Shown: one piece after another, positions 45,703 to 58,044 of the stretch
Layout of the letters: the number at the start of each line of letters is the position of its first letter
Numbering within the stretch: position 1 is the first letter of the stretch
Source: an uncultured Nitrososphaerales archaeon
Lineage (GTDB): Archaea; Thermoproteota; Nitrososphaeria; Nitrososphaerales; Nitrososphaeraceae
Direction of reading: 5' to 3'
Assembly: GCA_963709405.1 (NCBI GenBank)
Contig: CAVPXM010000055.1
Location: 320,001 to 384,000 of the forward strand
DNA: 64,000 bases
The notes under the pieces: generated by a model
Told to the model about the DNA's origin: nothing
What the model saw: the letters and a program-made list of their open reading frames with translations, nothing else
The model's database searches: none
Translations under genes and position numbers: made by a program

Positions 45703-46499
45703 CTATAATTCAACCTTTCATTTTCCACTAGAAGTACTTTCAACTCGGCCTTGATGGTTGTGAGGAATGAGTTACAAGACGATTGGCATCTAGGGTTTCA
45801 CGTGCGTGCTCTGATTCTCAGTTTGTGCTAGAACGGTATATAATAGTCTTTACGGATGCTACGCCGCTATTGGGCTTCTTTGTTCAAATATTGTAGGTCT
45901 TCCGATGAAGCCGAGGGAGTATGCTCTTGCAGTTACTGCAGTAACTGCGAAGTTACTGCAAGAACGACGTTGCTAACTTTAATGCGATCGTATTCTGATG
46001 ATGTCTACCCGCGTGATCGATATTAAGAAGTATTGATTCTGGTACTATTAGTTTAGACCATATTTGCTGTTAGTCTGACGAATGACAGTTTCGGTACCGG
46101 CTTCATCAAGTGTCACCTATGATTTCTACATTCTCAAGTCACGTTGATTGAATAATGTTCTTCTGCCAATATTATTGGCAAACATGCGACTTGAGTATGG
46201 CTTGATCTACAACCTAAGGAAACAAGAATGCCAGTGATTTCTGCTTAATGATGTTCTGCATACCCCTGTTGTTGCAGTAATGTTATTGGTTAAGCCTCAT
46301 CTGGATAGTTTGATATTGTCTCTATTTATCTTTGTTTTATGAGCGTTTCATTCAGTTACATCTCCCGTAAAGAGACGCTAGTGGAGTCCTAATATTTTTG
46401 AAGAACAAATCTTAATTAAAAATATGCCGCTGAATTCTATTGCAGTGTCTAAACCCGATAAGCCATTTCTTACATCTGTCGAATTTTCGTAGCCATGGT

Positions 46500-46922
46500 T
46501 TATGGAGTGGTAAATGAATAGCTATTTGTAAGGCTGTCTTTACATTCTAAAGAACCATCGTTAAGGATGATGCAGTTTTCAGGTATCGCTTTTATATTTG
46601 TAGCACCACCCTTCATGAACCCCATCGCCTGGGACTGGTTCATAGTGCCCATGTTCTTCATTCCCATCACCGAAAGCTGCATCTGTGCCAAATTCATTTG
46701 TTCTAATGCATTGCTAAAGTTTCCAGTTGACAACGCTTTATCCGCGGTCTTTAAATGCATCCTGACCGACTCCATCATGACTGATGACATACTGCCATTC
46801 TTTATAGCCGTCATATTTTGCTGTGCTAATACAGGTATCGCGAGAATAGTCATCGTGGTAGCTCCAACAATGAGAAGTGTTGCGACAGCACAAACTGTTG
46901 CTTGAGAATATTTTGTTCCCAT
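46500..46922 (-). CDS. Secreted Met-rich hypothetical protein
   Basis: Signal peptide, many Met residues, C-terminal Cys pair. Confidence 0.6.
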   Translation of the reverse strand: MGTKYSQATVCAVATLLIVGATTMTILAIPVLAQQNMTAIKNGSMSSVMMESVRMHLKTADKALSTGNFSNALEQMNLAQMQLSVMGMKNMGTMNQSQAMGFMKGGATNIKAIPENCIILNDGSLECKDSLTNSYSFTTP

Positions 46923-47165
46923 ATTCAGTTACCAAAATTATTATATATAAGATTTTTAGCAAGGAGATGAAGCAAAACGAACTTGTGTAACATCGGACGC
47001 ATCGTGTTCTATTGATACGCATAAATTGTACTGACCACAATTCCTTTGGAATAAATCCACTTAACTGCTGAGTCTGACAAGATAAGGCTATGTCTGGATA
47101 TACGTTGCTTAAATATGAATAATCACCCCTGACTACTAATTTGTCTTGACACATCACAATCCCTA

Positions 47166-47950
47166 TTATGATACATTACGCCCTGCCCGTTCTACAACAA
47201 GCATGCCACATAAATAGAGTGAGAGCATAGGACCAGCTACTAACCACATTGTAATCCCACTGCCATCTGGAGTCACTAGGGCGCCAAATATAGCAAGAAC
47301 GATGATAACATATCGCAAGTTATTCCTCCAAAAATTTGGACGAATAAATCCAGAAATCGTTAGTCCCCACATTAATAAGGGAAGTTGAAAAGAAATGCCA
47401 AACGCAAGAAGGAATTGGAGAACGAACGGCACAAACTGGGATATATCAAGAAAAGTAGTGATGCCGATGAACGCTCCGTACTTGTATAAGAATTCAAGCA
47501 CAATTGGTATTACAACAAGATACGAAAAGGTGCAACCTACGCCGAAGAGTCCTATGGCGACTACGGTTATCTTTTTTACAAATGTACTTTCGTGTCGATA
47601 AAGGCCTGGTCCTACAAAGGAAATTGTTTCTATAATTATAATAGGGATTGTCAGGATGAGTGCCAGGAGTGATGCAACGTAAATCTGTGCGAAAAAAGCC
47701 TGTCCTGGAGATGTTTGAATTAGCGTAACATTATCTGGAAGAAGGCTTTGTCGCATTAACGTCATTGTTTGAATTGCGATGTTGTCAAATAGATCTGGGT
47801 ACAAGATTGGAATTCTGTAGCCATCGTAATCGAACGTCTTAAAACTCAGTGTTGTATTAAGGATCGTTAGTACCGCAAGTACTATTGCAATCCTGATTAC
47901 TCTTTTCCTAAGGTCTTGTAGGTATTGTATGGTATGGCCACTTGTTATAC
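47166..47950 (-). CDS. tatC: Twin-arginine translocase TatC
   Basis: YLQDLRKRVI upstream in frame, SPGQAF, PGLY..E, FGISFQLP, VTPDGSG; start codon uncertain. Confidence 0.85.
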
Positions 47951-48360
47951 AGGTGATACCACCAAAAGACTAACTCGAAGCATCTATATTATGTACGTGA
48001 TTTTCATATGCAAGAAATCTGTCTCGAGTCTTTATCTGAAGACCCCCAACAATTATCTCGCCATGTTAATCTCTTATTTCAAGGCATCAACGAAGATAAA
48101 AGAATTAATGCTACTGATCCGTTAGTGAAAATATACTGCAACTCGTTTCCGCACATATAACTACTTGCAGAGTCAATTACTTTGATATACCAGCCAGAGA
48201 ACATTTATTATTATTTGCAAGAACAACTTTGGCCTCACGGAGTTTAATACTATTGGCGGTGCCACAACCGTTGAATTGGTGACAATTATTGACATGACTT
48301 GTGGCCATCGTGACACTTCCTAGGTTTATAATGCTCAAATTTGCAAAGCGCCGAATACTT

Positions 48361-49452
48361 TCAATGCGAATTTCCTTCTCGGACAACCTGCGGGGATGAT
48401 GCCTTGAATATAGCATATACCATATCGCCATCTTCGATCCCAAGCTCTGATCTGGCCTCGTCGGTAATTTTGGCAACAAGTCGTAACTTTTCTTCTAACA
48501 ACATATGGACTCTAATCATTCCTGTGGCCCCGATCGGTTTAGTCACGTTTACGATCTTTATTCGTAAAAAGTTTCGGGCACTAGTTTTTACTAAATCCTT
48601 TGATATAATTATATCTTCTGGTCTAATCAAAATACCGACATTTGATCCGAGTGGATAATCTCCAAGAATCTGAAGCGTCTGCGTGTGATATTTGAATATT
48701 GTGACCCCACCACTAGAATATGTAACAACTCCTTCAATGTAATTGCCCTCTGCGCTAAAAATCTCAGGTCGAAATGGAAAGGAGTTCGGGTCTTGAAATG
48801 TAAGAGCTGCGTTGAGAGTGTTATCGTAGAGCACGTTTCCGTTGTACAAGATAGATATCCTATCGGCAAGTGCATAAACATCCTGTTCAAAATGTGTCAC
48901 ATAAATTGTCGGTAGGTTTCTCTCTTTTAGCACCTGTCGTAAATCCAATCTCAATTTTTTTTTTGATTGATCGTCTAGATTCGCTAGTGGCTCGTCCATA
49001 AGTATGATTTTTGGCTTAGTAACTAGCATTCTAGCCAAAGAAGCCTTTTGCATCTCGCCACCGCTTAAACCTTGTATCCTTCTGTCAGACAGATGCCCGA
49101 TGCCTAGATCATCAAGTAACTTTCTAATTTCAGTAACGCTGAAAGAGTCATATTTTTTTCGACCGAATATAATATTATCATATACGCTTAAATGAGGAAA
49201 CAAAAGGGGCTTTTGGAATATATATCCAATCTCTCTACATTCGATTGGATGATTCGTTATGTCATTGCCGTCTAAGATAATAGATCCACAATCCGGCTTA
49301 ATCAAACCAGAAATGAGATTAAGAATGGTAGTTTTACCGCTGCCTGTAGGACCTATTATGACTCTTATCTCATTTCCTACCTTCAAACTGACAGGACCAA
49401 TGGTGAATCCAGGGAATTGTTTGATCAGGTTGAGAAGTTCCAAGCCAGCCAT
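48361..49452 (-). CDS. Molybdate/tungstate ABC ATPase with TOBE domain (ModC/WtpC-like)
   Basis: GPTGSGKT, LSGGE, MDEP, SARN...AIFKAS TOBE tail. Confidence 0.88.
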   Translation of the reverse strand: MAGLELLNLIKQFPGFTIGPVSLKVGNEIRVIIGPTGSGKTTILNLISGLIKPDCGSIILDGNDITNHPIECREIGYIFQKPLLFPHLSVYDNIIFGRKKYDSFSVTEIRKLLDDLGIGHLSDRRIQGLSGGEMQKASLARMLVTKPKIILMDEPLANLDDQSKKKLRLDLRQVLKERNLPTIYVTHFEQDVYALADRISILYNGNVLYDNTLNAALTFQDPNSFPFRPEIFSAEGNYIEGVVTYSSGGVTIFKYHTQTLQILGDYPLGSNVGILIRPEDIIISKDLVKTSARNFLRIKIVNVTKPIGATGMIRVHMLLEEKLRLVAKITDEARSELGIEDGDMVYAIFKASSPQVVREGNSH

Positions 49453-49464
49453 GTCCCATATCTC

Positions 49465-50266
49465 TTAATTGAGCTTCAAAAGGCCTCTGTTTTTAGATCT
49501 AGCAGAATATAAGTAGAATGCAGCTAGAGCTATGACCGAGAGTATTATGCTAAAGAAGATATCTGGAATGGCCCTAGACAAACCCCCAATTGCGTTGTCT
49601 TCAAATATCTGAATTGAAATTGTATGTGGGTTATACGCCATCATCATAGTCGCTCCCAGCTCCCCTACAGCCCTCACCCATGACATGATAAATCCAATAA
49701 TTATCCCAGTCTTGGCTAATGGAACGGACACTTGTATGAAGGTCTCAAATCGCGTTTTGCCCAGTACGCGTGACATCAACTCATACGACTCGTCAAATGA
49801 CTCAAATGCCATTTCTGATGCAAGGATCATAAACGGGGAAGCAACATAAAATTGCGCAATTATTATCCCAGCGACCGACTGTGTAAAATCCAGAGTTGGG
49901 AACATCTTCATTATTGGCGAAAGCGGACCAAATGCTCCCAAGAGCGAGCGCTCCACTTGCCAAAGGGGGCAAAACCAAAGGAGCAAAAACAATAATCCTA
50001 AGTACTGACCTTCCGGGAAGATTGTGAAATCTAGCTAGCACATACCCTACAGGTATTCCAAATATGGCGAGGATTACCGTAGAAATTGTTGCCGTGGCCG
50101 CGCTAAGTACAAATGCATTGATCACTTCAGGGCGATCTATAGTATCTGAGATGGCAGAGGGATCAACGAAAATCAAGACCGTGATAAATGGATAGGCTAG
50201 ATACACAATGGTTATTAGACACAAACCCAACATGACAAGACTAAATGTCTGATCTTTTGCGATCAT
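49465..50266 (-). CDS. Molybdate/tungstate ABC permease (ModB/WtpB-like; frameshift near 49960)
   Basis: PLVLPP, AQFYVASPF, WVRAVGELGAT split over two ORFs. Confidence 0.85.
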
Positions 50267-50747
50267 CTGAAATGTAGATGCTCTTTAGTCTGAGTTCAAG
50301 TTATCTTTATCTATTGAAATTCGCCTTCACTTGACGATAGATTCCTGATAGCCATCTGGATAACATAGGATCATGTGTTCGTCGAGTACGTAAATACGAA
50401 ACTCAGCGTTTACTATACCCCTTTCAGAATTGTTAAATCACCGATGCTCCTAGGGATCTGAAATCTTTCGAGCATTTAGCTTGAAAATGGTATGACTTGA
50501 TGATTCTCTCTATATGCTATGATTTAACCGAGGAAGTAGGTAAATAAATAAGGAACATAATCAAAACTGCTACCAATTAGGTAACTAGTTCCTACAACCG
50601 TTGAACAACCCTTGAATCAGAGTGAGAGGTAGCCTCGTGTCCCGCTTTTTTGTACGCTACTCATGTAGGTGCTAGCTACGCTTGGCCGAGCTGCATCTAT
50701 TCCTAATTCTTTTCGATCGGTCTCAAAAAGACGGGCGTTATAATCAG

Positions 50748-52410
50748 CTATGTAGATAATATATAGTACCCAGTTGCTCCACTTGGAAAGGGATCTGTAA
50801 TCTGTGCTGTCTGAATTCTACCCGTCTTATCGGTAGCTCTGACGTATATATTGTAATTCGATTTGCTTCCTAGCAAATCCAATCGAGTGGCCCATAGTAC
50901 CCAAGTATATTGTGATAGTGGATCTTTTAACTGAGTATTTTTCCAAGTTTTGCCACCATCTATACTGACCTCTACTTTTAATATGCCTCGATCTCCAGCG
51001 AAAGCCATTCCACCGAATGGAACTCCTCCTTCCGAGCCCTGGAACGTAGTCTCGGACGATTGCAGATCTTTGAATCTTTTCCGAACTGCTGCAACTCCCG
51101 GAATTACAATGAAAGAATGTGTATTGTATCTTGCAGAGTTTGTCCAACCCTTCCTCTGCCAATAACCCTCATAGACTTTATCCATAAGTTCTATTTCAGT
51201 TATCCATTTAGGGTTCATCATTCCATACAGTCCAGGTATAATGGCTCTAATAGGGAAGCCGTGTTCAGCTGTTAGAGAAGCGCCATTCATATCGTATGCC
51301 AAAATGCTGCCATCTAACAACCCACGATCGATCGGTATGCCAACGTCATATCCGTCTGCGCACCTGAATACCAGAAATTTGACTTCAGGCTTTACACCCG
51401 CCTCCCGAAGTATATCTTTCAGATGGACACCCTTCCATGCGGTGTACTAATGAGATCACCCCCAATCTTGTTACTTACGCATTCGAGGGTAGCGAATTGC
51501 TCGACCGGAGGCATAGATCTGATCTCCCGATAATTCAGAATGAGAGGCTTATCTACCAAACCTTTCACATTCAAAGTCCACGTCTGCGCATTCACTTCGG
51601 GTACCAAGGCATTTTTATCTATTCTGTAAAACATGTCGGTCGGCGTTACTTCTGAATCCAAGAGCGGAGCCAATTTTGCATCTTCAAAGCCCTTTGGTTT
51701 GATATTCTTCAGCGTCTGCTGAAATTGAGATAGCAATAACGACGTTGTCCTCTGAACTGCTCGCTGAGGTGAAAGGAGGGTTTCCAGCCCCAGGTATATA
51801 ATAGGTACAGCAACTGCGGCAGAAATCCCTGCGCGAAGCATTTGTCTCTTACGCTGATCTATTCCCTCTGGGGGACGAGATTTAGGTATCAGAATACTTT
51901 CTCTAGTATCCTGGGTGAGAGGCTTAAGCCTCCGATTGTAGAAAACAGCATAGAGCGTGAAACCGAATCCAAGCTGAGGGAATATTAAATATGTCACTAG
52001 CGACACGATTCCTATGGATTGACCGTGCCCTTCCGTCAACGCCAAGAGGATCATTGCTAAGGACAGGAAAATAAAAAAGGAGACCAATGCACAAAATAAT
52101 GAATTAAGCAGATAGCGCTTTGGGCTATTATTAGACCTCTGAGCAAAAAAAATTGCCAGTAAGCCATAAACTACTAAATTGGCAACAATTGCGCCAATGA
52201 ATGCGGAGTATTTGGCGATTGGACCCAAAGTCCCTACCGCCTGAGACTCTACTGATCCTGGAGTAAGTGAGAACAAGGTCTGAGAGGCAATTTCCGGGAT
52301 AAATGGAGCACTTAATGCTAATCTTAAGACTAAGGCTATGGCTATAGCAACACTCCCCGCACACAGTCCCCCTATTAATGATAATTTAATGGAAATATGT
52401 TTTATTACAC
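50748..52410 (-). CDS. Membrane-bound molybdopterin oxidoreductase, sulfite-oxidase family (frameshift near 51430)
   Basis: N-terminal TMs, TLECVSN, HGFPIRAIIPGLYG, PKWITEIE, GYWQRKGW, VEVSIDGGKTW; start approximate. Confidence 0.87.
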
Positions 52411-52511
52411 AACCACTGAACTACCTTAACCAAGCAAGATTTAAGTTTTTTCCAGGTTCTAGACCTAGTAGATCGGAAAAGGAAAAATAGCTATGAAACC
52501 GTACAGTATCC

Positions 52512-53036
52512 ATGTCGTTATGGACTCGTCAGGCTATCCTGGCTGGTACGACGATTACCTTAATTTCTAGTATTTTTTCTTTTCTTGTCGTTGCACCTGC
52601 TATAGGCTTTTCTTACAGTGGATTCATACAATTGCAAGTGGCGCATAGTATAGTTGGGTACTATAATGATGTAGCGATACGCCCGATCGACATAGATGTA
52701 CGGGTCAACAATAATTCTTCATCTCTCCAATCATCAAAAGGCGTGGATATGGGAATATTAGTAGTTACAGTAAATGTAGCGAATAAAACCGGTCATTTGG
52801 TACCATCCGACTTTAAAGTTTTTGTCCATGGTAACGATCCTATGCCTAGTTCATTTAATGGTAACAAATCTGGTACATTAGTCAAACTTCATATGGGAAT
52901 GTATAGTGTCACGACTCTTGGGCCAGCTGGCTATGCACCAGCATTTTCTGGAGACTGTTCTGGCGGAATGATGTCGATTGAAATCAAGAAATGCATGATT
53001 ACTAACGACATACCAGCTCGCATAACAGGTAAATGA
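52512..53036 (+). CDS. Secreted/membrane hypothetical protein
   Basis: N-terminal TM, Ig-like tail ending FSGDCSG...CMITN. Confidence 0.6.
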   Translation: MSLWTRQAILAGTTITLISSIFSFLVVAPAIGFSYSGFIQLQVAHSIVGYYNDVAIRPIDIDVRVNNNSSSLQSSKGVDMGILVVTVNVANKTGHLVPSDFKVFVHGNDPMPSSFNGNKSGTLVKLHMGMYSVTTLGPAGYAPAFSGDCSGGMMSIEIKKCMITNDIPARITGK

Positions 53037-53482
53037 TAAACTGTATTTTATCTCTCCATTGCCAGTACGATTTATACTTCAAAGCATCTGCTCTATTGGT
53101 CTATTGCGCAATACGTATATCACATCGTGCCAATGCTGTTCTATTAGACTCGACCATACAAAAACAAAGGCAATTTTGAAAATAAGAGACGAAGAAATAT
53201 ACGAATTTATAGTTCAAGTGTCTTCTTCTGGTCACTTCATTGTCGTCGCACCAGGTGAACCTATAGAAGAGATTAATGCAAAGTTTTTATCATTAACAAT
53301 CCAACAGCGTATTCCTAGTTTCATATTTGATTTGATATCAAATGTTTTAGCAGGTTCTTCAGATTTCCATATCTTGTCACAAGATCAAAGGTTTATGCGA
53401 GCTATTAAAAGATATAAGAATGAAATTTGATAAACAATTTAAGATGGTCGTAAAGGAGCAAAGAACTACCCCTTCTACTCTT

Positions 53483-53785
53483 TTATGAATGATTTTTATT
53501 CTTTAATTCCTGTACTTCTGCCATGAGTTTCATAACTTGGTCTGATAAATTAGTCAATGCGTCATCCTTCTCCAGTAGCTTTGCTCTAAGAAGATAATCG
53601 TTATCTTTCGTTTTTTCCGCTAATTCTTGTATCTGCTTTTGAAGCACAAGGTTTTCACCATTAATTGTAAGTAATGGGATTGCTTTCAAATAGTCTTCTA
53701 AAACCTCTCGTTCTGTCGGTTTGTAATAGGAAGCCGAGATTCCAATATCATGACCCATTGTAATTTCTACATTAATGGGTTTCAT
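53483..53785 (-). pseudogene. C-terminal fragment of a tyrosine integrase
   Basis: VEITMGH.IGISASYY (H...Y catalytic region) plus coiled coil; N-terminus missing. Confidence 0.65.
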
Positions 53786-54025
53786 AACTTGCTCTGATCA
53801 TGATATTTCCAGATGATGATATTCCTTTATCTGCTAGTGCATTCTCAACTTCGTTAGTACCTCTTTCTTTATTGTTGATATATTCTTCACTATTATTCTC
53901 GAATTCTCTTGCTTATTCTTTCAGTTCTAGTCTTTCTTGATGCAGAGTGTCTAGTAGAGCTGATTCTTCTCTGTATGATGTACGATATTGAACCAAAGTG
54001 GTATGTAAACCAAATATTTCTTTCT

Positions 54026-54514
54026 CTAGACTCTCCTTCTTAGATTGTAAGAATCTACTTCTCTTCGTAATCCTTCATACTTAGCCTGTACACTAGGCAA
54101 ATCATTATTGGCAATTTCAAGGAGTCTTTTGACATGCTTTAGGTCCATACCTGCAGCTTTGATCAATCTGTAGAGTTCTACGAAGGTCCAAATATCCTCT
54201 TTAACATGTTCATGAACCTGGTAAAGACCATATAGTTGTTGTAGTTTCCAATATTGTTTATAGAATTCATGCACTTCGGGCTCCTTTAGACCTAATTTAA
54301 TAGCGACTTGTATTGGAGTTTTACCTTCTAAAAAAAGTTTGTAGGCCTGAGATGAATCAGACAATGATTGCACTGATCCAGATTTTTTCAGAATTGGTCC
54401 AATATCACGTAGAGATATTCGTACTTCCTTGGCTATTTCAGCGTAAGTCTTTCCTTGGTTATAATAAAGCTCTAAAACTAGATCTTCTTTTTCTTCTCTC
54501 GTCAAACCCATCAT
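54026..54514 (-). pseudogene. HTH/coiled-coil protein, truncated
   Basis: GKTYAEIAKEVRISLRDI HTH; QAYKLFLEGKTPIQVAIKL; frame breaks near 54030. Confidence 0.6.
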
Positions 54515-55935
54515 GTTTCTTATATTTAATATATGTAAGAGTGAATCTTAAAGGTTCTAAGACCTATTACCGTCATATCATCATTATTATCACCTACTTA
54601 CCTCTATTTTCTCTATTACCTCAGTTATTTTAGAATGCTCCGCAAGCAAGCTCTGAATATTTCTGATGCTGATGCATTAAATGGAGATTCCCGACCTTGG
54701 TATTGTGTTGGTTATTAGAGTTGACACTGGTCATTGGTCGTTCCACGTGAGAAACAAAGTACGATTTAGACGAACCTGGTTCATAGGATGCTACATTAGC
54801 GGCTAATACACTTCAAGTTGTTTGTCAGAGACTATGGAACGATCTGTAAGATACTCAACAGATGAATTCAGTATAAAATATTTGCATTCGCCTAAGTTCA
54901 GATGTAGATAAAGCATTAGAGGACTTTTATGAACAAGTATCTCGAGGCATAAAACAGACTGGACGTATCAGAGAATACTATTCGAAATTGGATTGAAGAC
55001 AGATCTAATCACCACTATCGGGACACGACGTATCGTATCAGGATGCCCGGAGACTGAAATTCTAAAAAGGTATTAGATATTTTAGAGAACAAGTATCGTA
55101 TCAGAAAATTATTCCGGTCAGGTGTTCTATGGTTGAATTCACATGATAGACTTAAACCGATTAAAGATTCTATTAGGGAATGGCATTACCGTGAGAAAAA
55201 AGCCAATAGAAAGCCATTTTATAAACATCTGCTTTTTAAGTCTAATTAAGATACTTGTTTTCCATTCCAGTCAACTTTGCTAATCAAGTAGTTTTGATAA
55301 ATGGAGCACCTGGAGTCGGCAAGAACTTCAATATCGCATGTAGTCGTAATCTTTACTGATATTGAAGCACCATTCGAGATTCCCTACATTCTCAGGTTCG
55401 TGTAAAACTATCGAGAAGGGCTAGAATCACCTCTCTGGTTAGTGATGTCTGCAATTCATAACATCTACGGTTTCAGTGAATTAAACGAACTTCTACTAGA
55501 AACAGCGGAAGCGTTCCGAACAATCCTGTTTAGTCTTGGCGATCCAACAAGGCTTGTCTTGAAACAAGGCTGTATATAATGTTTGTTTCATATGTCGAGA
55601 ATAATATTTACATTCGATATGTGGAGGTCTGCCGAAATAAAATATACAATTAAGCCATTTGGGATAGCATGTTCACCATACTGTATCAGACATATTTTAA
55701 AAATGCCCAGGGTACTCATTTCCTCTTTAATGTGTTCGTTCATGGGAAACTCCGACTCTGCCCTACTATTTGCATCTTCGTTGCGGTTTGTTTCAACCAT
55801 TAAACTAAATCCTCCTAAATTTTGAACCGTTATGGAAAAGCTGTCTCTTATTGAAACAGTCCCTAAAACCAAGACCGCTTCTTTGCCCATCTATTTTAGA
55901 CTTGTTCTGGTTTTCTGAATTCACTGATATTCCCT

Positions 55936-56331
55936 CTAGCTGATAGAGCATCTAACCTTGTCTTTTTCTATGCCTACGAATCTTCTTTTTAGCTTTAGTG
56001 CGGCTATTCCATTTGTGCCTACACCCATCATAGGGTCAAGAACAGCCTGATTTTCAACAGTTACACGTGAGATGATTTTTTCAGCTTCGATAAGACTTTG
56101 TTGCCATTTATGTAATATTTTGACAGGAGTTTCCGACTTTATGAGATCCTCTATAAGCTCTATTGTATTTTCTCTTTGTGGCCCTTTATAATACCACAAC
56201 ATGGGTTTCTGCTTTCTAACTATGCCCTTTTCATAATCTCTAGCAAATTTACTCTGTAGTTTGATATGTAAAGTGCAATTTTCTATTAATCCTGCATCAC
56301 CCTCTAGATACTCTACAAACTTACGGCGCAA
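55936..56331 (-). pseudogene. DNA methyltransferase C-terminal fragment
   Basis: VLDPMMGVGT...RRFVGIE SAM-binding motif only. Confidence 0.65.
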
Positions 56332-56576
56332 TACGTATTGCAGTCATACTTGCACTACCGGCATTTAGTACATTGTGCCAATATTGGTAATTCTGCTCAA
56401 CGAAGATCACATTCTGTATACGTTTGAATTTTCGCTTTCGCTTGAACAGTCTGCGAAATTGTCAATATCTCATCAACTATGTGCCGCTACGTTAATCCAA
56501 TAAAGACAGGTCAATCTCGAAGCCAAATCTGCAAATTGTTCACGATTGATCTACTTTTCGTTTACAGACAGATAAC

Positions 56577-57107
56577 CTAAGCTGTTCGCCAGGGGTAGCA
56601 AGTCCTGGCTCCGCCCATTTTTTCGTGATATCTTTGATGGTACTCTTCAGCCTTATAGAAATTAGATGCTGGAAGAACTTCTGTAAATACAATTCTCCCA
56701 TCTCCTTTAAGAGATTCTTGCACTTTCTCTTTAGATTGTATAGCAAGAATTTTTTGTTCTGGAGAATGATACCAGATTGCAGAGCGATATTGTGATCCTA
56801 TGTCTGGACCTTGTCTATTCTTGGTAGTAGGATCGTGGATTGTCCAGAATTTACCAAGTAGGTCCTGGTAAGAGATTTCATTTGAATCAAACTGAATCTC
56901 AACGGCCTCAGCATGACCAGTCTTATCAGTACAGACCTGCTTGTAGGTTGGTTTTTCTAGCCAGCCCCCGGTATAGCCGACCTGTGTGAACTTTACACCT
57001 CGAAGTTCCCTAAATGCCTCTTCAACACCCCAAAAGCATCCTGCTGCAAAAGTAGCCTTCTGTAATCTCACATTCGTAGAAGATGCTTTATCGATTTGTT
57101 CGCTCAT
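56577..57107 (-). CDS. msrA: Peptide methionine sulfoxide reductase A
   Basis: GCFWG, GYTGG, GHAEAV, QGPDIGSQYRS, AEEYHQ. Confidence 0.96.
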   Translation of the reverse strand: MSEQIDKASSTNVRLQKATFAAGCFWGVEEAFRELRGVKFTQVGYTGGWLEKPTYKQVCTDKTGHAEAVEIQFDSNEISYQDLLGKFWTIHDPTTKNRQGPDIGSQYRSAIWYHSPEQKILAIQSKEKVQESLKGDGRIVFTEVLPASNFYKAEEYHQRYHEKMGGARTCYPWRTA

Positions 57108-57416
57108 AATATATTATTTGATTTCGATTCCGCTAATATGCTTTTTTCCAAATCTCACCTAGATTGCCCTCTAATTAACGTTACAAATGGCTATGATAAA
57201 TTGTTCTAGTACAGGCGGAGGGTCATAATATTTGCATAGAATAATTGCGATAGAATCTGCATGTATATATATTGCAGAGGTTGACTGCTAGATTTAAGAC
57301 AATTTCGATTAACTGCACATATATTTCAAAAAATCGACTTGCTGAATACGAACATCTTAATCGTCGTAGAAAATTATCTAACATAATTATTTTTTGCGGA
57401 TGACATTCAACGTTAA

Positions 57417-57890
57417 TTATTTTCTGCAACACTTTCCGAGCGGAATGTCTAAGCCGTGCGGACACCTTCTTGGATGATTCAAGAGGGTGCACAGAGCATC
57501 AGTAAAGATTTTTTTCATATGATGTTCTATACCACATACCATTTCTTCATCAATCTCTATCTTGAGAGCATCTCTCATCATAACCTCAAGCAATCTCGTA
57601 TTTCGAATCATTTGCTTTCCAATCCTTTCACCTTTCGGTGTCATCCCCACCAAGTTTCCCTTATTGTAACTGACAAGATGCGTGTTATCCAATCTATGCA
57701 ACATCTGAACAACTGACGGTTGAGTTACATTAAGAAGCTTCGCGACGGAACTAACCTTTACTTTTTCTCCCTTTTCACGGATATACCAAATAGCCTTCAG
57801 GTACATTTCTATGTGCTCAGATTCAGCCGTTCCGATATACAGTTCTTCAGCCTCATCCTTATTTTCGTCTGTTTTGCTAGGAGTTGTCAT
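57417..57890 (-). CDS. DtxR/MntR-family metal-dependent regulator
   Basis: EMYLKAIW, LNVTQPSVVQML, RLLE, CGIEH, CPHG..IP. Confidence 0.92.
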   Translation of the reverse strand: MTTPSKTDENKDEAEELYIGTAESEHIEMYLKAIWYIREKGEKVKVSSVAKLLNVTQPSVVQMLHRLDNTHLVSYNKGNLVGMTPKGERIGKQMIRNTRLLEVMMRDALKIEIDEEMVCGIEHHMKKIFTDALCTLLNHPRRCPHGLDIPLGKCCRK

Positions 57891-58044
57891 AACCTGTTTG
57901 TGTTATGGTGAGTTACGAATGATGTATTATTAACTTTATTATATTCTCTAGTAATTTATAACATCGTTATATTAACTAGTTGTTGTACTTACTGACATAG
58001 GTGACATTATAGCTTACAGACATGGGTTACACTTCTGTCGGGAA

